64,000 bases of DNA from the human T2T-CHM13v2.0 reference genome, Homo sapiens (GCF_009914755.1 NC_060931.1), one strand, 5' to 3'. Shown: positions 30,701 to 45,556, counted from the stretch's first letter. Notes: generated by a model from the sequence alone, not told the origin. Numbers and translations: made by a program.

Positions 30701-33143
30701 CTTCATTTATTTTCCAAGTGTTAGCAGCTATAAGACTAGATGGATAAGAAAGTGGTCATGTCATAAAAATACTGCACTTGCCTTCATATCAGTTTAAATG
30801 GACCAAGTGGCCAAAATAGTCTCTAGATATCACTTGAAGTAGCCTTAGTGCTGGATGTGAAAATCTACATTTCTATTCAGATAAATGAGGATCCAAGTAT
30901 ATGCCTCACAAAATAATAGACTTTTCACAAGCAATTCCCATAGTTATTTCTTAAAGAGCAAATTCAATTGATGCATTTAATATTAATTGTTTAAAAATGG
31001 TGGTTGAAATAATTGCTTAAATTGAACCTTTGTTGCCTGTGTTAAGATATACTTGAGCCAAGAAGCAGTTTTTGAATTAATCAACATCATTCCATAGTTC
31101 ATTTTTCTTTTCAATTTCATCAAATTTTTTAGTGATTTCTCTATAACATTGTGTTTATTCTTAGGAACACATAATGACAATATAAGAATTCTATGCTATT
31201 CCGTAGAGATATCCTCAGCACTTCATTTGTGATTTTGCACGTCAGTGTTCATTCTCTAACCTCTCTTAAGTTACTTCCTCCTGAGAAAAACGATTTTCCC
31301 TGTTGGTAGGACAACATCTCACAAAATCATACGTTACAGGAAATGCATGAACAGCCAACAATAGTCTGGCCCAAGACCAACTTAGACTTGAGACTTGTCT
31401 ACAAACTTCTCTTTCACCATCCTCCATCATCAGAGCAGAGTTGCCAGGGCTGCCATAATTTCACATAGGAAATGAGACAGTGGAGGAATCCATATTGGAC
31501 TTAGCAGCTGAAAAAATATGTGGCTTAGCCTCTTAGCTGCTTAGTTACAGAGGCACAGATGCCTCCTGAAAGCTTAACAGAAGGTGGGAAAGTTTATTTT
31601 AAAGCTTCATCTGTGCAGAAAAAAAAAAAAATGAAAGCATGCCCCTTTAGTTTATGAAGTTTATTAAACTAAGCATAGCAAAAAACGGCTGAGTAAATCC
31701 TAATGGAAGTTTGCATTTTAGTTACCTTATTTATAGGTAATTCATTAAATGAAATGAATTATTAGAATCATAGATTTAAGAAAGATGGTCTCCATTTAAC
31801 CTATTAGGTATAAATTACCTGTTTGTCATATAATATTTTTATTACCTATGCTTTAATGGAATTGAGTTTTTTTGTCATTTCATTTAATCACACCTCAAAT
31901 ACTGAATACAGCTCAAATACTGAACTATAGTCAAAAGTTGTGAATATTGAAATACTTTTTTACTGCTCATTAAAAAACTAATTATTAAATGTCTCCTAAG
32001 AAAAATGCACCATAAATAATTATTTTTGATAGAAAGTGATATATAGGTAATTCCGAATGAGTGATTATGAGATTTAATTTTAATATAAACATTCATAATA
32101 TTCTGCCCTTATCAGCTTTTCTATTGATTTAAAGTTCTGGAAATTATGTATATGAAATAAGTAACTGGGGGTAAAGGAGGACATCTGCCTGGCCAGATGG
32201 ATAGGCTAAAAGAATTCTAGAGATAAATAAATAGAATAAAAGAAGTCACAACTGGATCATCTCCCCTTTTAAGCAGATGTATGATTTCTAGAGTAATAAC
32301 TTACAGGCTGGCATATTTATTTATTCTGTATATTTTACTAAGCATCTACTCTATGACAGATACTGAATAAGGCATCAAGATTCAAAAAGATATCAAGATT
32401 TTAAAAGACCATGTTCCTTTCCCTAAGAAGCTCACAGTCTAGTTGGCCTAGGAAGGTCTGTCAATTAATCATTAAAATACAATTTCATTTCCAGTATGAA
32501 TGGGCATCACCCAGAAATTCTGTATTTTATAAACACTTTCTTCCTTAATTATATCTTTATAATTATATCTCACAAATATTGCATATTAGTGTTAACTCTA
32601 ACAATATCTTGTTTTTCCAGCCCTCTCTCCTTTTATATGTCTTATGTATATTGTCTAAATGCATTAATTAAACCATGTACAAGATACACTGGTGCTCAGA
32701 GGAAAGAGGATTATTCTGCCTATTAAGGTGAGACGTCACAAAGAATGTAAATATAATACATAATTTGAATACTGAAAGATTAGAAGTCTGCTAGTTCTAT
32801 AAGAGGCAGGATGTATTCTAAGTATAGAGAATATTATGTTTAACCATATGAAGATATAAAATCAATGCATGCTAGGAGTTGTAAGTAGTTCATTGCTAGA
32901 TATTATGACAGGGTAGAGAATGGCAGAATCTTGAAGTAGAAATAGTGAGAACAATTCAGCTAGGTAAATCTCATTTATTTTTATTATGATGGCTAACAAA
33001 ATGGAAATTTGAGAAAACAATGATCACTGTTGATAAATAATTTCTCTAATAAATATTTAATAAGATTATATCTCTTTATTAATATATAAACAGGCAGGTA
33101 TAAGAACTATATATATATACACACACACAATGGCCTTATCTAT

Positions 33144-33443
33144 TGTATTAGTCAGCTTGGGTTGTCATAAGAAAATACCACAGATGACGGTTTAAACAGA
33201 GATTTATTTTCTCACATTTCTGGAGGCTGGCAGGTTCAAGATCAAGCAAACTCTCTGGTGTTTTTTCTTAAATGGACACTAATCCTGTTGGATTAGGGCT
33301 CCAACTTTATAACTTCATTTAGCCTTAATTAATTCCTTACTTCAACTACAGCCACACTGGCAGTTAGATTTTCAACATATGAATCTGGGCATTTTCAGGA
33401 AGGGAGGGGGCTGCAGGCATACACAAACATTCAGCCCGTAACA
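33144..33443 (-). mobile_element. MLT1A-like MaLR LTR, internally deleted
   Basis: TGTATTAGTCAGCTTGGG...CCCGTAACA; exact 5-bp TSD TCTAT. Confidence 0.8.
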
Positions 33444-33505
33444 TCTATCTACATCCAAGGTGTTAGTATAGTGAAGCCAATTATTCCACAAAAATAATCA
33501 GCCAC

Positions 33506-33859
33506 TGTATTAGTTTGTTCTCATGTTGCTATGAAGAAATACCCAAGACTGGGTAATTTATAAAAAAAAAAAAAAAAAAGAGAGAGAGAGAGATTTAATT
33601 GACTCACAGTTCCTCATGGCTGGGGAGGCCTCCTCTTCACAGGGTGGCAGGAGAGAGAATGAATGCCAGCAAGGGAAATGCCAGATGCTTATAAAACCAT
33701 CAGATCTTGTGAGAACTCACTCACTATCATGAGAATAGCATGGGGGAAACTGACCCCATGAACTAATCATGTCCCACCAGTTCCCTCCCATGACACATGG
33801 GGATTATGGGAACTACAATTCAAGATGAGATTTGGGTGGGGACACAACCAACCACATCA
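33506..33859 (-). mobile_element. THE1 (THE1C/D)- or MSTA-like MaLR LTR
   Basis: TGTATTAGTTTGTTCTCA...GAGATTTGGGTGGGGACACAACCAACCACATCA; TSD GCCAC/GTCAC; expanded A/(AG)n inside. Confidence 0.85.
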
Positions 33860-34720
33860 GTCACTTAATTAGATACATCAGCCAATTTGGTCAAATGCTA
33901 AGCCTTACTCTCTGTTTGTAGCTCAATACTAAATGAAAAGTACACTTGGTATTGTTTGTGATCAAGTTTATGGCATTGGTTTTTCACATTTTATTTCTTG
34001 CATTCTTCTTTACATAATCAGTTGAGTTCTGAATGCTTTTTTTTTTTTAGTAAAAAGTTTTCCTTAGCAGATGTCCACGACAGATTTTGCAAAATGAGAC
34101 CACTGATAGGTGGATGCTATTGAGCAGAGGAGTGCTGCTCTCCCTAAAGAATTGCCAGACCGGAATAGCAGCTAAACCAGTCCACTATGAACAGTTTAAC
34201 AACTCTAACAGCCTCAGAGTTTATAGCATACCTCTCACTAATAGCTAAAGTTCCATAAAAATGCCAGAATAGTTTTCATCTCTGTCTTTGTACCAGAATC
34301 TTCATTTAACTCCAAAGCAGTCTAGTAGCATCACAATTACATTCTTCCCTTCATCTCATAAATTTAACTAGGGAATGCTGTGTGCCATGTATATTGTGTT
34401 TATTTTTCATTATAAATTCACAAAATTTGCTTGAAATGAATGAAAATTCTGTCTTGTCTACTATAGTCTGGTCATTGCGCCTTGCAAGCCAAGCAGAGCA
34501 TTTGAATGCCAAGTGCAGAGCTCTGATTGGAGCTCAGTGTAGCTTCACTGTCAGCTCTCTAGTTTATCCAGATGGTGCTGGTTTTGCCCAATGTGTCATT
34601 TTTACTTTAAATGAACAATTTCACCCTTCAGTGCCAAAGAAAAATGGATCTTTTTTTATCCTTTGTGAATGAACTTAAGCTCTCTTTGAAGCATTAAAAA
34701 AAGTTTTTAAAAATGTGTAG

Positions 34721-35077
<357 letters not shown>

Positions 35078-36211
35078 TAGGCAATAAATCTTTTGTGTTA
35101 ATATATTCTCTTGGCAAAGGGAAGGGTGAAGATCTTGGACTTACAAAGTGTGAACTAGTGATCATAGAAAAAGTACTTCTAATTGCTATTAATGAGCCTC
35201 TCTTCCTTCTGAGCACCTTAATCACTGCATGTCATCTTCTCTTTACACCTGTCATCACCATTAAATAGAGCTCCTCAGAGCAGGACTATGTCTGATACAG
35301 CTTTACATTCCTAGAACCTAGCACATTGCTGGGTACATAGTGAAATTTCAAGAAGTAGTATTTTGGAGTGCTTAAGACCATGGTTTTCCAAGTCAAACAG
35401 ATTTCACCATGAGGTCTCACTCTGCCACTGATACTGGGTGACCTTTAGGCAATTATAGTAAATATTTGTTGTTTTTATTCTCTTCTCATATTTTTGTGTA
35501 GAATCCTGATTTTTTTTCACTTCCTCTTGAGAGAAGAGGATGTGGACAGGGTGGTCTGACCCCTCTCCAGTTGGAGAGATGGTCATAAGATCTAGGCTAA
35601 CTAATATACACATTCATTTACTGACGACAGTGACTGGTTCAAAGATAGGCACATCACTCAATTCAGGCTCTTTTGAGTGAGCCTGTGGTTTATCAAAATT
35701 GTGGGGAAGAGAGAGCCCTCTTCCAGCTAGAAGTTAGCAGAGGGGATGAAGTGAAGCCAGAATATGTAGGTTGGCCTCTCATTAAACACTGTGACTTTTT
35801 TTTCTTTTTAAATCATGTGACACCAAAGCTGCAATTCTTGTCTCGAAAAAAATCTTCTAATGAAGAAAATCTTCATTTTCTGCCTTAACAGCTCTTTGTC
35901 TTACATAGTGACTCTCGATGAGAGCAGGGAAGGAAGGAAGAAGACACATTAGCTTAGAGAGAATTGTTAAAGCTTCACAAGCTGCACACCATACCTCTCC
36001 TCACATAGAGTGACTCTGTTAAGAGGATTTTAATTTTTAGGAGTGGATGTGTGGGGGGAAAAATGAGAATTTATCTTTTAGGACAGTAGTTTTCAAACCT
36101 GGTTGCAGAGTAGAATCATCCAAAGAGTTTTCAAAAAATAAGAGTATCTGGAAGTGTTATTGAGCTTGAGTTTTTGTTTGCTTTATTTATTTATTTTTAT
36201 TCTTTAGCTTC

Positions 36212-36596
36212 TGTATTAGTCAGCTTGGGCTGCCATAACAAAGTGTCATAGACTAAGTAACTTAAACAACACAAATGTATTTTCTCACAGTTCCAGAGGC
36301 TAGGAAGTCCAAAGTCAAGGTGCCAGCAAGATAGGTTTAATTGTGAGGTCTCGTCCCTTGGCTTGTAGGTGTCTGCCATCTCCCTCTGTGCTCATATGAT
36401 CTCTTCTTCGAGAGTTCAGGGAGACAAAGCTAGCTCTCTGGTGTCTCGTCTTATAAGGGCAATAATCCCACCATGAGGATCCCGTTTTTCTGACCCCATT
36501 CAACCCTAATTACCTCCCGAAGGCCCTGTCTTCACACTGAGGGTTAGGGTTTCAACATATTCATTTTGGGAAAACACAAACATTAAATCCATAACA
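36212..36596 (-). mobile_element. MLT1A-like MaLR LTR inserted in a MER5 relic (~36080-36640)
   Basis: TGTATTAGTCAGCTTGGGCTGCCATAAC...ATCCATAACA; TSD GCTTC/GCTTT. Confidence 0.8.
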
Positions 36597-36640
36597 GCTT
36601 TCAGGTGATTTCAACATGCTACCGGAATGAAACCACGCTT

Positions 36641-37173
36641 CAAGGGAAGGAAAAATATCTTTCCTATGCCTTTTCATAGGTTCATGGTTGTGGCTACTAC
36701 AGCAGAAGGCAGATTAACAAAAGACAAGGATACAAATTTATTTAATATATGTTTTACATGATATGGAATCTTTCAAGAAGAAATGAAGATCCAAAGAAAT
36801 GGCTAAACTTGTGTATTTTAATGATAGGTTTGGTGAAGCGTGGGCAGTCATGGAGAAGCAGAATTAGACAAGAGTATGATCAAATGGTAATAAACAGAGA
36901 AAACTTAACAAGGTGTATTTGTTAAGGTTCTTCTCTGTGTTGCCATATCTTCAGAAACAAGGATGTGTTCCCTTCCTCTGGGTATTAAGAGTGTACCTCT
37001 TGAATGAAGGTCTTATGAGCTACTTCAGGGGATGGTCAGAAAATTCTTCCTAGGTTTTATGACCTGCTTCATGGGAGAAGAAGGGGGAGGTGAGATTGAC
37101 CTGCCTGCTTGTGTGGTGTTCTCAAATTCCTTCAGCTTAAATACTTTGGGATAGCTTGTTCTGAACCTTATCA
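36641..37173 (-). mobile_element. ERV1 LTR, MER31/MER67/MER90 group
   Basis: Reverse complement starts TGATAAGGTTCAGAACAAGCTATCCCAAAGTATTTAAGCTGAAGGAATTTGAG. Confidence 0.65.
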
Positions 37174-38566
37174 GCTACAAGCCAAACTTTGGATTATTCT
37201 TTTGTTTTTAACTTTTCTTTGGCCCCTTGACTTTGTATGTAGTACAAAGATTTGCATGAGGAAGGTGTTCCATAAACATTTGCTGAATAAATGAGTTGCA
37301 CTATATAAAGCAGAGGCCTTGACAATAACATGCTTGTCATGCTTTTGCAACTTTACAGGAATCACTGGTTTGGAATTTTGAATGTTACTCTGGTTTACTA
37401 GGTAGCATTTCTCTCTACTTTTACTGCGTAATTTCCAAAAAGATAATTTTACCTTCATACTATCATAAAGAGAAGTATCAAATAAAAATTGTCGACCTTG
37501 CAAATTTAATTGATATTTGGAAAAAATAATAACTGTTATACACATGTTAGCAGTTATATGATTCACAGATTGGTTAAAAATAAATTTCAAAATCATACCC
37601 TCATTTGTTTGTGGTCTAATAAGTATCACATAAGTAACATAGGCAATAGTTTCTAAATGAAGGGAAGGGAAAAGAGAATATCCATTCAATTATTTATCAG
37701 AAGGCGATGTTTTTTGGTATACATGCAAACCAGAGTTGACTTTTAGTATATCAGAGACTTTCTTGAACTGTCTCTTAATTCCACGTGTTGAATGACACTG
37801 TATTTCAAATCATGTCTATACAGTAACATGGGATGAATTAGTACGTTTCCCAGTTATGTTTGGAAGGCCCGTAAGATGCTTGTTATTTTTTCTGACCCTA
37901 GTAGTGTTATCATGAACAGAAGCTGCAAGATTCAGCTGCATTATGGATGAGTATTTTCATTCCTGGTTTAAAACACTTTCTACTGCAAAATATTGTCCCC
38001 TTCCAAAACTATTAAAAACTGCAGTTATAAACTTAAGTACTATTTTTAACTTTTTGAAAATTAATATATTGTTTTAATAAACTCTTCTGCTACTGAATGT
38101 CATGATAAAGAATCTTTGCCAGTGTTCACATGATCAAGAGACTGTGTTAACATTTATTACCACAAATGTCCTCATTAATATTTTATAGAATGGCTGGCAT
38201 AGAAAGTGGCATTAAATCTCTGAAAGACTGCTGTCTTGTTTATTCATGCTTTTACTTGAATTTTGTTGTAGCAGTAGAGAATCAAAATTTGTAGGTGGTT
38301 TCAATGAATTTCAGACAAATTTCAAGTAATGTCACTATTTTTCAATTAATTCATTTTTATCTTTTCCATTCTAAATATAAAAATACGTTAATCAATGAGT
38401 AGTTAAAGTGTTTGGGCTACCAAAAAATAGATAAGTAACCTTTCAAAAGGACCCTTGAACATGGAATTCATTCTTTTAAAGTATTCAGGCTCTTCCCTAT
38501 GTTAGACACTGCGAAAGCATTATGGAAGTTTGGGAGAACTTCTTCCTTCCTGTAGGTCTTTATTAT

Positions 38567-38792
38567 AGAGCAGCACTTTCCAGCAGAAGGGTCTGTGATG
38601 ATGGAAATGTTCCTTTTCTGCTACACTGTCCCATATGATAGCCCCTAGGCACATGTGGCTTTGAGCACTTGAAATGTGCCTATTGAAGCCAAGAAACTAA
38701 ATTTTAATTTGCTTTAATTTTAATTAATTTACATTTACATATAAATAGTCACATGTAGCTCATGGCTACAAAAATGGACAAAGTGGCTATAG
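38567..38792. mobile_element. MER3-like hAT relic
   Basis: GATGATGGAAATGTTC...CACATGTGGCTTTGAGCACTTGAAATGTG...AAATAGTCACATGTAGCT. Confidence 0.75.
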
Positions 38793-39985
38793 AGGTCATA
38801 AAATTAAAAACTCGTTTTCTCAGTATCCCTTTGCAATTAATAGTGATCATGTTTTGTGTTTCACGGTTATGACTGATGAGACTGTATCTGTCAGAGTGTG
38901 GTTGCAGAAGCAGAACCACGTGAGATAGAATAGTAAGACTTAATAAGAATAAAAGAATAAGAATAATATAATGGCTACACACTTGTCTTGTTGGAAGGGT
39001 TGAGTGTCATAATTTATCAGTTAGGAGTGTGTTCTGCAGCAAGAAACAGCTTTCAGGAAATCCATAAAGGATGGCAGGGAAGCTGTCACCTATGTATCCA
39101 CCTGCCTGCACACCATGCTGGATACATCTCAGATTGCAAAAGCCAAGGAAGTGCTTGCTAAAGATCCCACTGACTCCCTGCAGTGGGTTGATTCTAGTGA
39201 ACTCCCAGAGTCAAGGGAAATTATCTCTAATTATCTCAGCTGCTACTGAGAGCTACCATCAGAGAATAAGTGCTACTCCACCTCGGCTCTTCACATTGCC
39301 AGCTTGCAGCGTCCCTCGGTGGCAGAATCTAAGCCAGAATCCTATTGGAGAGATTCAGAGAGATACAGCTGTGGGCTTCTCCACTATGACGCAGAAGAGA
39401 ATGTACAAGGGGTCAGGGAATACCCCTGAGTTGACAAGGGGCATCCCGACACAGAGATTTAAAAGGGAGTTTGCTGTTATCAGTTCATCTTCTTGTTACC
39501 TTACATGTGGATAGGATGGCAGGAGGACTTGTGACCAGGAGACAACAGACATATGGATGGCAATAGATATTCTACAATGGTGGAGTGGAAAGAGCCTCAG
39601 GGCTGGATGACATTGCTGAGTTACTGTACCAGCCTTGGATTGACTATCTGTTGTTGTTAAGTTAGAGAAATTAAGCCACGATAGTTTATTTTTTTTGTTT
39701 ATGTAATAGAAGACATTCCTAAGTGATACAGGAAAACTACAAAATTGTGCAAGACTTTCCCTCTCCCTAAGAAAGAGTTCACATTTAACAATTTTATTGG
39801 ATCATAACTTACAGTTGTGGCAGTCATTTCAGGTTTGTTCCTTCCTTTTTATTTTTTGGTTTTATTTTTTCCTTTTCCTCTCCTCTCCCTCCACCTCTCT
39901 TTCTCCAACCCCTTGAACTTATCTTTCCCCAAAATAGCTTTCTTTCTTTTTAATTTATTCACTAAATATTTTATAAGACCCTACT

Positions 39986-40179
39986 ATGGACCATGTAGTA
40001 GGTACTTACACAATCAAAATGCCCATGCTTTTATAAAGGTTTTTAAAATCACTGTGGTCCAATGTTATTTTAATTAATTAATTTATTTATTTAATGGACC
40101 ATGTAGTAGGTACTTACACAATCAAAATGCCCATGCTTTTATAAAGGTTTTTAAAATCACTGTGGTCCAATGTTATTTT

Positions 40180-40205
<26 letters not shown>
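39986..40205. repeat. Exact 108-bp tandem duplication
   Basis: ATGGACCATGTAGTAGG...GGTCCAATGTTATTTTAATTAATTAAT begins at 39986 and again at 40094. Confidence 0.95.
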
Positions 40206-40487
<282 letters not shown>

Positions 40488-40899
40488 CAATGTTATTTTT
40501 GAGCCTTATCTTTTTTTTAAAAAAGTATATTATAGTTGGTCTTCAATTTATAATTTCCTGACTTTCCCAAGAAACACTACATTTCCTCCAGACCTCTAGT
40601 ACCCAATGTGGGATTTGAAGACCAGCAGGATTAGTATCATCCAGAAGCTTGCAAGAGAAGCAGAGTCCCAACTGTAAGAAGGACTTTTGCTTTATTAAAG
40701 ATTTTTTGGAGGGTAAAGAAAAGAGCTGCACATATAATCTGATTTCAGAAATTCGAGAATGTGAAAAATGTGTGGTTTGGCATGGAAGAAATAAAATTTA
40801 TATAGTATATATATAAAGTTATGTTTACCGTGTCAGTCAGGGCTGCCAAGGGATTCCAAAGCTGATTCACAAAGCTCACAATACACTTGAGGGGGAGGA

Positions 40900-41235
40900 G
40901 AAGATAAAGAAAAGTTGCTATGAAGTTATAGTTAGATAGGAGGAATAAGTTCCAGTGAGAATCTTAAGAGAATCTATTCTCATAATCTATTCTTATGAGA
41001 AACAATGAGAATCTATTGCACCATAAAATAATGTACTATATATTTCAAAATAGCTAGAAGAAAGGATTCTGAACATTTTCACCACAAAGAAATGATAAAT
41101 GTTTGAGGTTATAGATTTGCTACTTACTCTAATATAATCATTACACAATGATACATATATCAAAACATCACATTGTACCCCATAAATATGTACAATTATT
41201 ATGTGTCAATTGAAAAGAAAATAAATTACAAATGT
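40900..41235 (+). mobile_element. L1MA 3' end relic
   Basis: GTTAGATAGGAGGAATAAGTTC...CCCCATAAATATGTACAATTATTATGTGTCAATT. Confidence 0.75.
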
Positions 41236-42433
41236 CAAAAAAAGAGAGAAATATCTGATGGTTTTCCTTTGGCTAAAGAGATAAATCTTACATCCCAGAA
41301 CGCGGATATAATAGACTTTACCATGAACCCTAAACTGTTCATGACATCTTCCTTTCCAGTGCCCACACATGGCATGCCCTTCCCTCTCCTAACTCTTCAC
41401 CATTCAAGGAAGATGGCCCCTGCTCCCAAACTTCCCTGCTATACTCTTAGCCTGATTCTTCTTCTGCCCTTCTGTACTGGCAAACTAGTTATAATGCTTC
41501 AGGTTACAACTCAAAGAGGCACATCCTTTTCCCGCTTAGTGATGGCCTCCATCGGATTGTATTATGTTGTTATGTTTCTTCCTTCTCTGTCACTAGAATC
41601 TATGTTCCAAATCAGCATGGAGGGTTTTGCTGTTCTTGTTATCAATAATGTAATGTCTGATGTGATACATGCTCAAGAAATGTTTGATAAATTATTTCAA
41701 CAGTTAGTTTAGACCAAGTTTGGCTGCAGTTGAAACAAAAACAAAACTTAGCACTCTGTGGTTCTGAACAACCAAGGCTTATTTCTAGCTCAAGGTACAT
41801 GCCTATCACAGGTCAGATGTGGTTCTGCCCCATGTCATTATCATTCCAAGTTCCAGGCGGAGGAAACAGTCCCTGTATGAGACACTGCTTGTCTCAAGAG
41901 AGAGCAAGGGGAGACATCATCAAATCACAGAAAGTTGCTTAAAGCTTCTTTTTGAAAGTGTCTAATTTCACTTACAACTTATTGGCCAAAGTGAATCATG
42001 GAAGATAAAAAGAAATATAAAATCTTTCTGTAGGGAAGGACAGCAGATATTCTAAATCACAATACAACTTAATATAATTATTCATAATAACCTAAAACTC
42101 ATTAATCACTTATTATGTAACAGGCATAGTGCTAAGTACTTCACAGGAATTATTGCCATTACAAGGCACTCGAGACTGCTAAAGGGCAGTAATTTATCAA
42201 GTCATACTGCTAGTAAATGGCAGAGCTTAGTGATAGAGACAGTTTAATTTGAAGATTAAACATTTGGGTTTTCATACGGCTTTGTCATAAAAGATTTACT
42301 AAATAAATATAATTCCCAAGAAAAAGAGCAGAACTAATAGCAGCAGGCTGCCTGTTGAAGCCATGGTTTTGGTTACTAACTAGCTGATAAAGTACACATG
42401 CTCTCACAATCTGTCACAAATCTTTGTGTAAGG

Positions 42434-42663
42434 CTGTTGTTTTCAATCAGGGCCAATTTTGCCCTGCAAGAGACATTTGGCAATGTATAGAGACATTTCT
42501 GGTTGTCACTACTTGCGGGTGGTGGTGGGAGGTTGGTTGTTACTGCCATCTAGCAGGTAGAGGCCACGTATGCTGCAAAACATCCTAGGATTCACAGGAC
42601 AGCCCCCACAACCAAGACTTATCTAGCCCAAAACGTCAATAGTGTCACCGTTGAAAAACCCTG
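42434..42663. mobile_element. MER20 hAT relic
   Basis: GACATTTGGCAATGTATAGAGACATTT...GACAGCCCCCACAACC...GTTGAAAAACCCTG. Confidence 0.8.
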
Positions 42664-43574
42664 AGGTGGGGAATGGGATAAAATATTTAGGTCATCTTTA
42701 AATATGAGACTTTATTCTTTAAGTAAATAATTATAGGAAGACATTTTCTACCCTGATTAAAACCTCATTAATTTTTACTTCATATTAATTTAAAACACCC
42801 CCAAACTTTTGATGTGTTTCTGTATTTCTAAAAATTATCTGCTGTTTATTTAGATACAGTGCAAGCTTCATTCAGATTTAGAAGGATGATGTCATTCAGC
42901 AGGAAGGTGACATTTGGAGGAGAGGCTTTGAGCACCCCAGGATGTGGTCGCCAGTCACAGAGCAGAAGAGGCGGAAGCTGCTGAGAGCTCTGTTGGCTCT
43001 TGGAACCAAATCACTTTTTGATGCACTCTAGCAACATTTTGCTCTCCCACATCTCTGCAAATGCACTTTATATTAATTAGCTAATGACTCTAGTGTTTTA
43101 GTAATGAAAATTCAAGTAAATAATCAGTACCATTAATGGCCATTCTATCTCTTCTTTTTGAACAAAACTAGCTTAATTTGCATAGTATAGGCAGGATTAT
43201 TTCTTTATTATGTTAGACACTTTTTTCCTTGATATATCCCTTTGATTATTTCTAAAATGTCTCATTTCACTGAAAGATTTAAGAGAAAATTTATGACATA
43301 TTTTGGCCAACTTCACTGATCAGTTTATGTTCTGATCTTTCTTTTATTTTCTTTTTTGAATCATATTAAATTATTTAAGTGGTATTATAACAACAAAATT
43401 AAGTACAAATTTTAACATAAACCTGCCTGTAGCAGCTTTTGATGGTGACATAGTTTGAACAATCAAATAATCAATGTTGAATCAGTGTTGGAAATCCTTG
43501 CCTGACACTTTGTTTATATAAACAAAATTGATCGGTTTATGCAGGCTAAATATAGTGAGGTTTTGAGAAAATAG

Positions 43575-43787
43575 TGCAAACGCTGTCAAGCTTTTCCTGT
43601 AAAGGACATATTTTTAGGTTTTGAGAATCATACGCAACCACTCAACTCTACGATAGCACAAAAACAGCCACAGGCTTATGTGAACAAATAGGGGTGGCTG
43701 TGTTCCCACTAAATTTATTTACATGCTAAAAAGTGGCTGGTCGAACTTGCCCTGCAGGAAGTATGTACTTGGCTGACGCTTGCCCTA
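43575..43787. mobile_element. MER58A-like hAT relic
   Basis: CTGTAAAGGAC...CAACCACTCAACTCT...GGCTGTGTTCCCACTAAATTTATTTAC. Confidence 0.7.
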
Positions 43788-44574
43788 ATTAAATCAAAAG
43801 AGCAATCAAAATTGCACAGAAAGAAAAAACTTTCCCTCTAATGAGACCTAAGTACTCCACAAACTCTAGTGGGTTATAAAAACTCCCTGCCATCTGACCC
43901 AGACCCCATCCTCAGCATTTTTTTCCTCCTACATTCCTTTATGTACCTCATACACTAACCTAAATAAGCCATTCTCTGTCCTCTACACGAGATTTAGGAG
44001 TTCCATGGCTGTTATCCCTGTCACCCTTATAATATGTAGCATTCTACTTTAAATTTCAGCTCAGTTGTGTGCTGCTTAATGCTAGAGAATGACATTGTCA
44101 TGGTTTGTCTTTTACCCAGGTTAAGTAGCTTCCTGTATCTAACACAGGATGTTGAAACTGCAGGGTTGTGGGAAAAGCATATGCTTTAGGGTCAGACATA
44201 CAATCATTTGAATCTCAGTGCTGCCATTTGTTAGTTACATGACTTTGCACAAGATACTTGACCTCTTTGAAGTTTATTGTTTTATATGCAATATTAGCGA
44301 ATGAACACCTGCATAGAAGTATTATAATTAGGAATAAATTAATTTGGTGAGATTGCATATGCAGGGGCTTCCGTGAATGTCAGGTATTCCCCAACTTTTC
44401 TCACCTTTAGGGAGTTATAATCATAAAATGAACCAAATAAATAAAAAAGTAAATAAAGTGTTTCAAGTCAAAGTCACCCAGTAAAATGTTTCTATTTTTA
44501 TTGAGAACACTTAAGGCAATAAAATATAGAAACAAAGAAAAGAGTAAGGGCGATGAAACAGAAAAGAGATTTTT

Positions 44575-44706
44575 TTCTTTCCCTCCCTCCCTCCCTCCCT
44601 CCCTCCCTCCCTTCCTTCCTTCCTTCATTCCTTCCTTCCCTCCTTCCTTCCTTCTTTCCTTCCCTCCTTCCTTCCTCTCTCTCTCTCTTTCTTTTTCTTT
44701 TTTTTT
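44575..44706. repeat. (CCCT)n/(CCTT)n/(CT)n polypyrimidine tract derived from an Alu tail
   Basis: Almost purely pyrimidine run adjoining the minus-strand AluJ. Confidence 0.9.
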
Positions 44707-45556
44707 GAAATGAAGTTTCCCTCTGTCATCCAGGCTGGAGTACACTGGCACAGTCATAGCTCACTGAAGCCTCAAACTCCTGGGCTCAAGCAATCCTCCT
44801 GCCTCAGCCTCCAGAGTAGCTAAGACTACAGGTGTGCACCACTGTGATGGTTAATATCATGTGTTAACTTGATTGGATTGAAGGATGCCTAGATAGCTGG
44901 TAAAGTATTGTTTCTGGGTGTGTCTGTGAGGGTGTTGCCAGAGGAGATCAACACTAGAGTCAGTGGACTGGGAGAGGAAGACCCACCCTCTATGTGGGTG
45001 AGCACCCTCCAATCGGCTGCCGACCTGGCTCGCACAAAGCAGGTGGAAGAAGGTGGAATGAGCTGACTCGCTGAATCTTTCGGCTTTCATCTTTCTCCTA
45101 TGCTGGATGCTTCCTGCCCTTGAACATCAGATTCCAGGTTCCTCAGCCTTGGGATCTTGAACTTACACCAGTGCTTTGCTGGGGATCTCGGGCCTTCTGC
45201 AGACTGAAGGCTACACTGTCGGTTTCTCTACTTTCGAGGCTCTGAGACTTGGACTGAGTCGCTATTGGCTTCCTTGCTCCTCAGCTTGCAGACGGCCTAT
45301 TGTGGGACTTCAACTTGTGATGGTGTGAGTCAATTCTCCTTAATAAACTTCCTTTCATATATGCATATATCCTATTAGTTCCGTCCCTCTGGAGAACTCT
45401 GACTAATAAAACCACCATGCCCAGCTAATTAAATTTTTTTTTAGAGATGCGGTCTTCCTACATTACTTACCTGGTCTGAAACTCCTGGCCCAAGCTATCC
45501 TCCCTCCTCAGCCTCCTAAGTAGCTGGGATTACAGGTGCAAGCCACCCTGTCAGGT
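44707..45556 (-). mobile_element. AluJ split by an MLT2A LTR (arms 44707-44842 and 45411-45556)
   Basis: Alu text ...GGTGTGCACCAC resumes as ACCACCATGCCCAGCTAATT after the LTR. Confidence 0.85.
44843..45410 (+). mobile_element. MLT2A (MLT2A2-like; HERV-L) solo LTR
   Basis: TGTGATGGTTAATAT...TTGATTGGATTGAAGGATGC...GAGAACTCTGACTAATAAA; exact TSD ACCAC (44838-44842 / 45411-45415). Confidence 0.9.

Noticed and set aside
30983-31180. Coding-looking minus-strand stretch (alternate frame REITKKFDEIEKKNELWNDVD)
   Set aside because: Short, interrupted by stops, no clear splice sites; may be a transposase relic but cannot be supported without a search.
37171-37689. 172-aa minus-strand ORF (likewise 41173-41712, 39071-39514, 58538-59062)
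   Set aside because: No recognisable domains, often non-ATG starts, partly overlapping repeats; consistent with chance ORFs.
44407-44757. K/E/G/R-rich ORF
   Set aside because: Translation of a (GGAA/GGGA)n microsatellite and Alu sequence.
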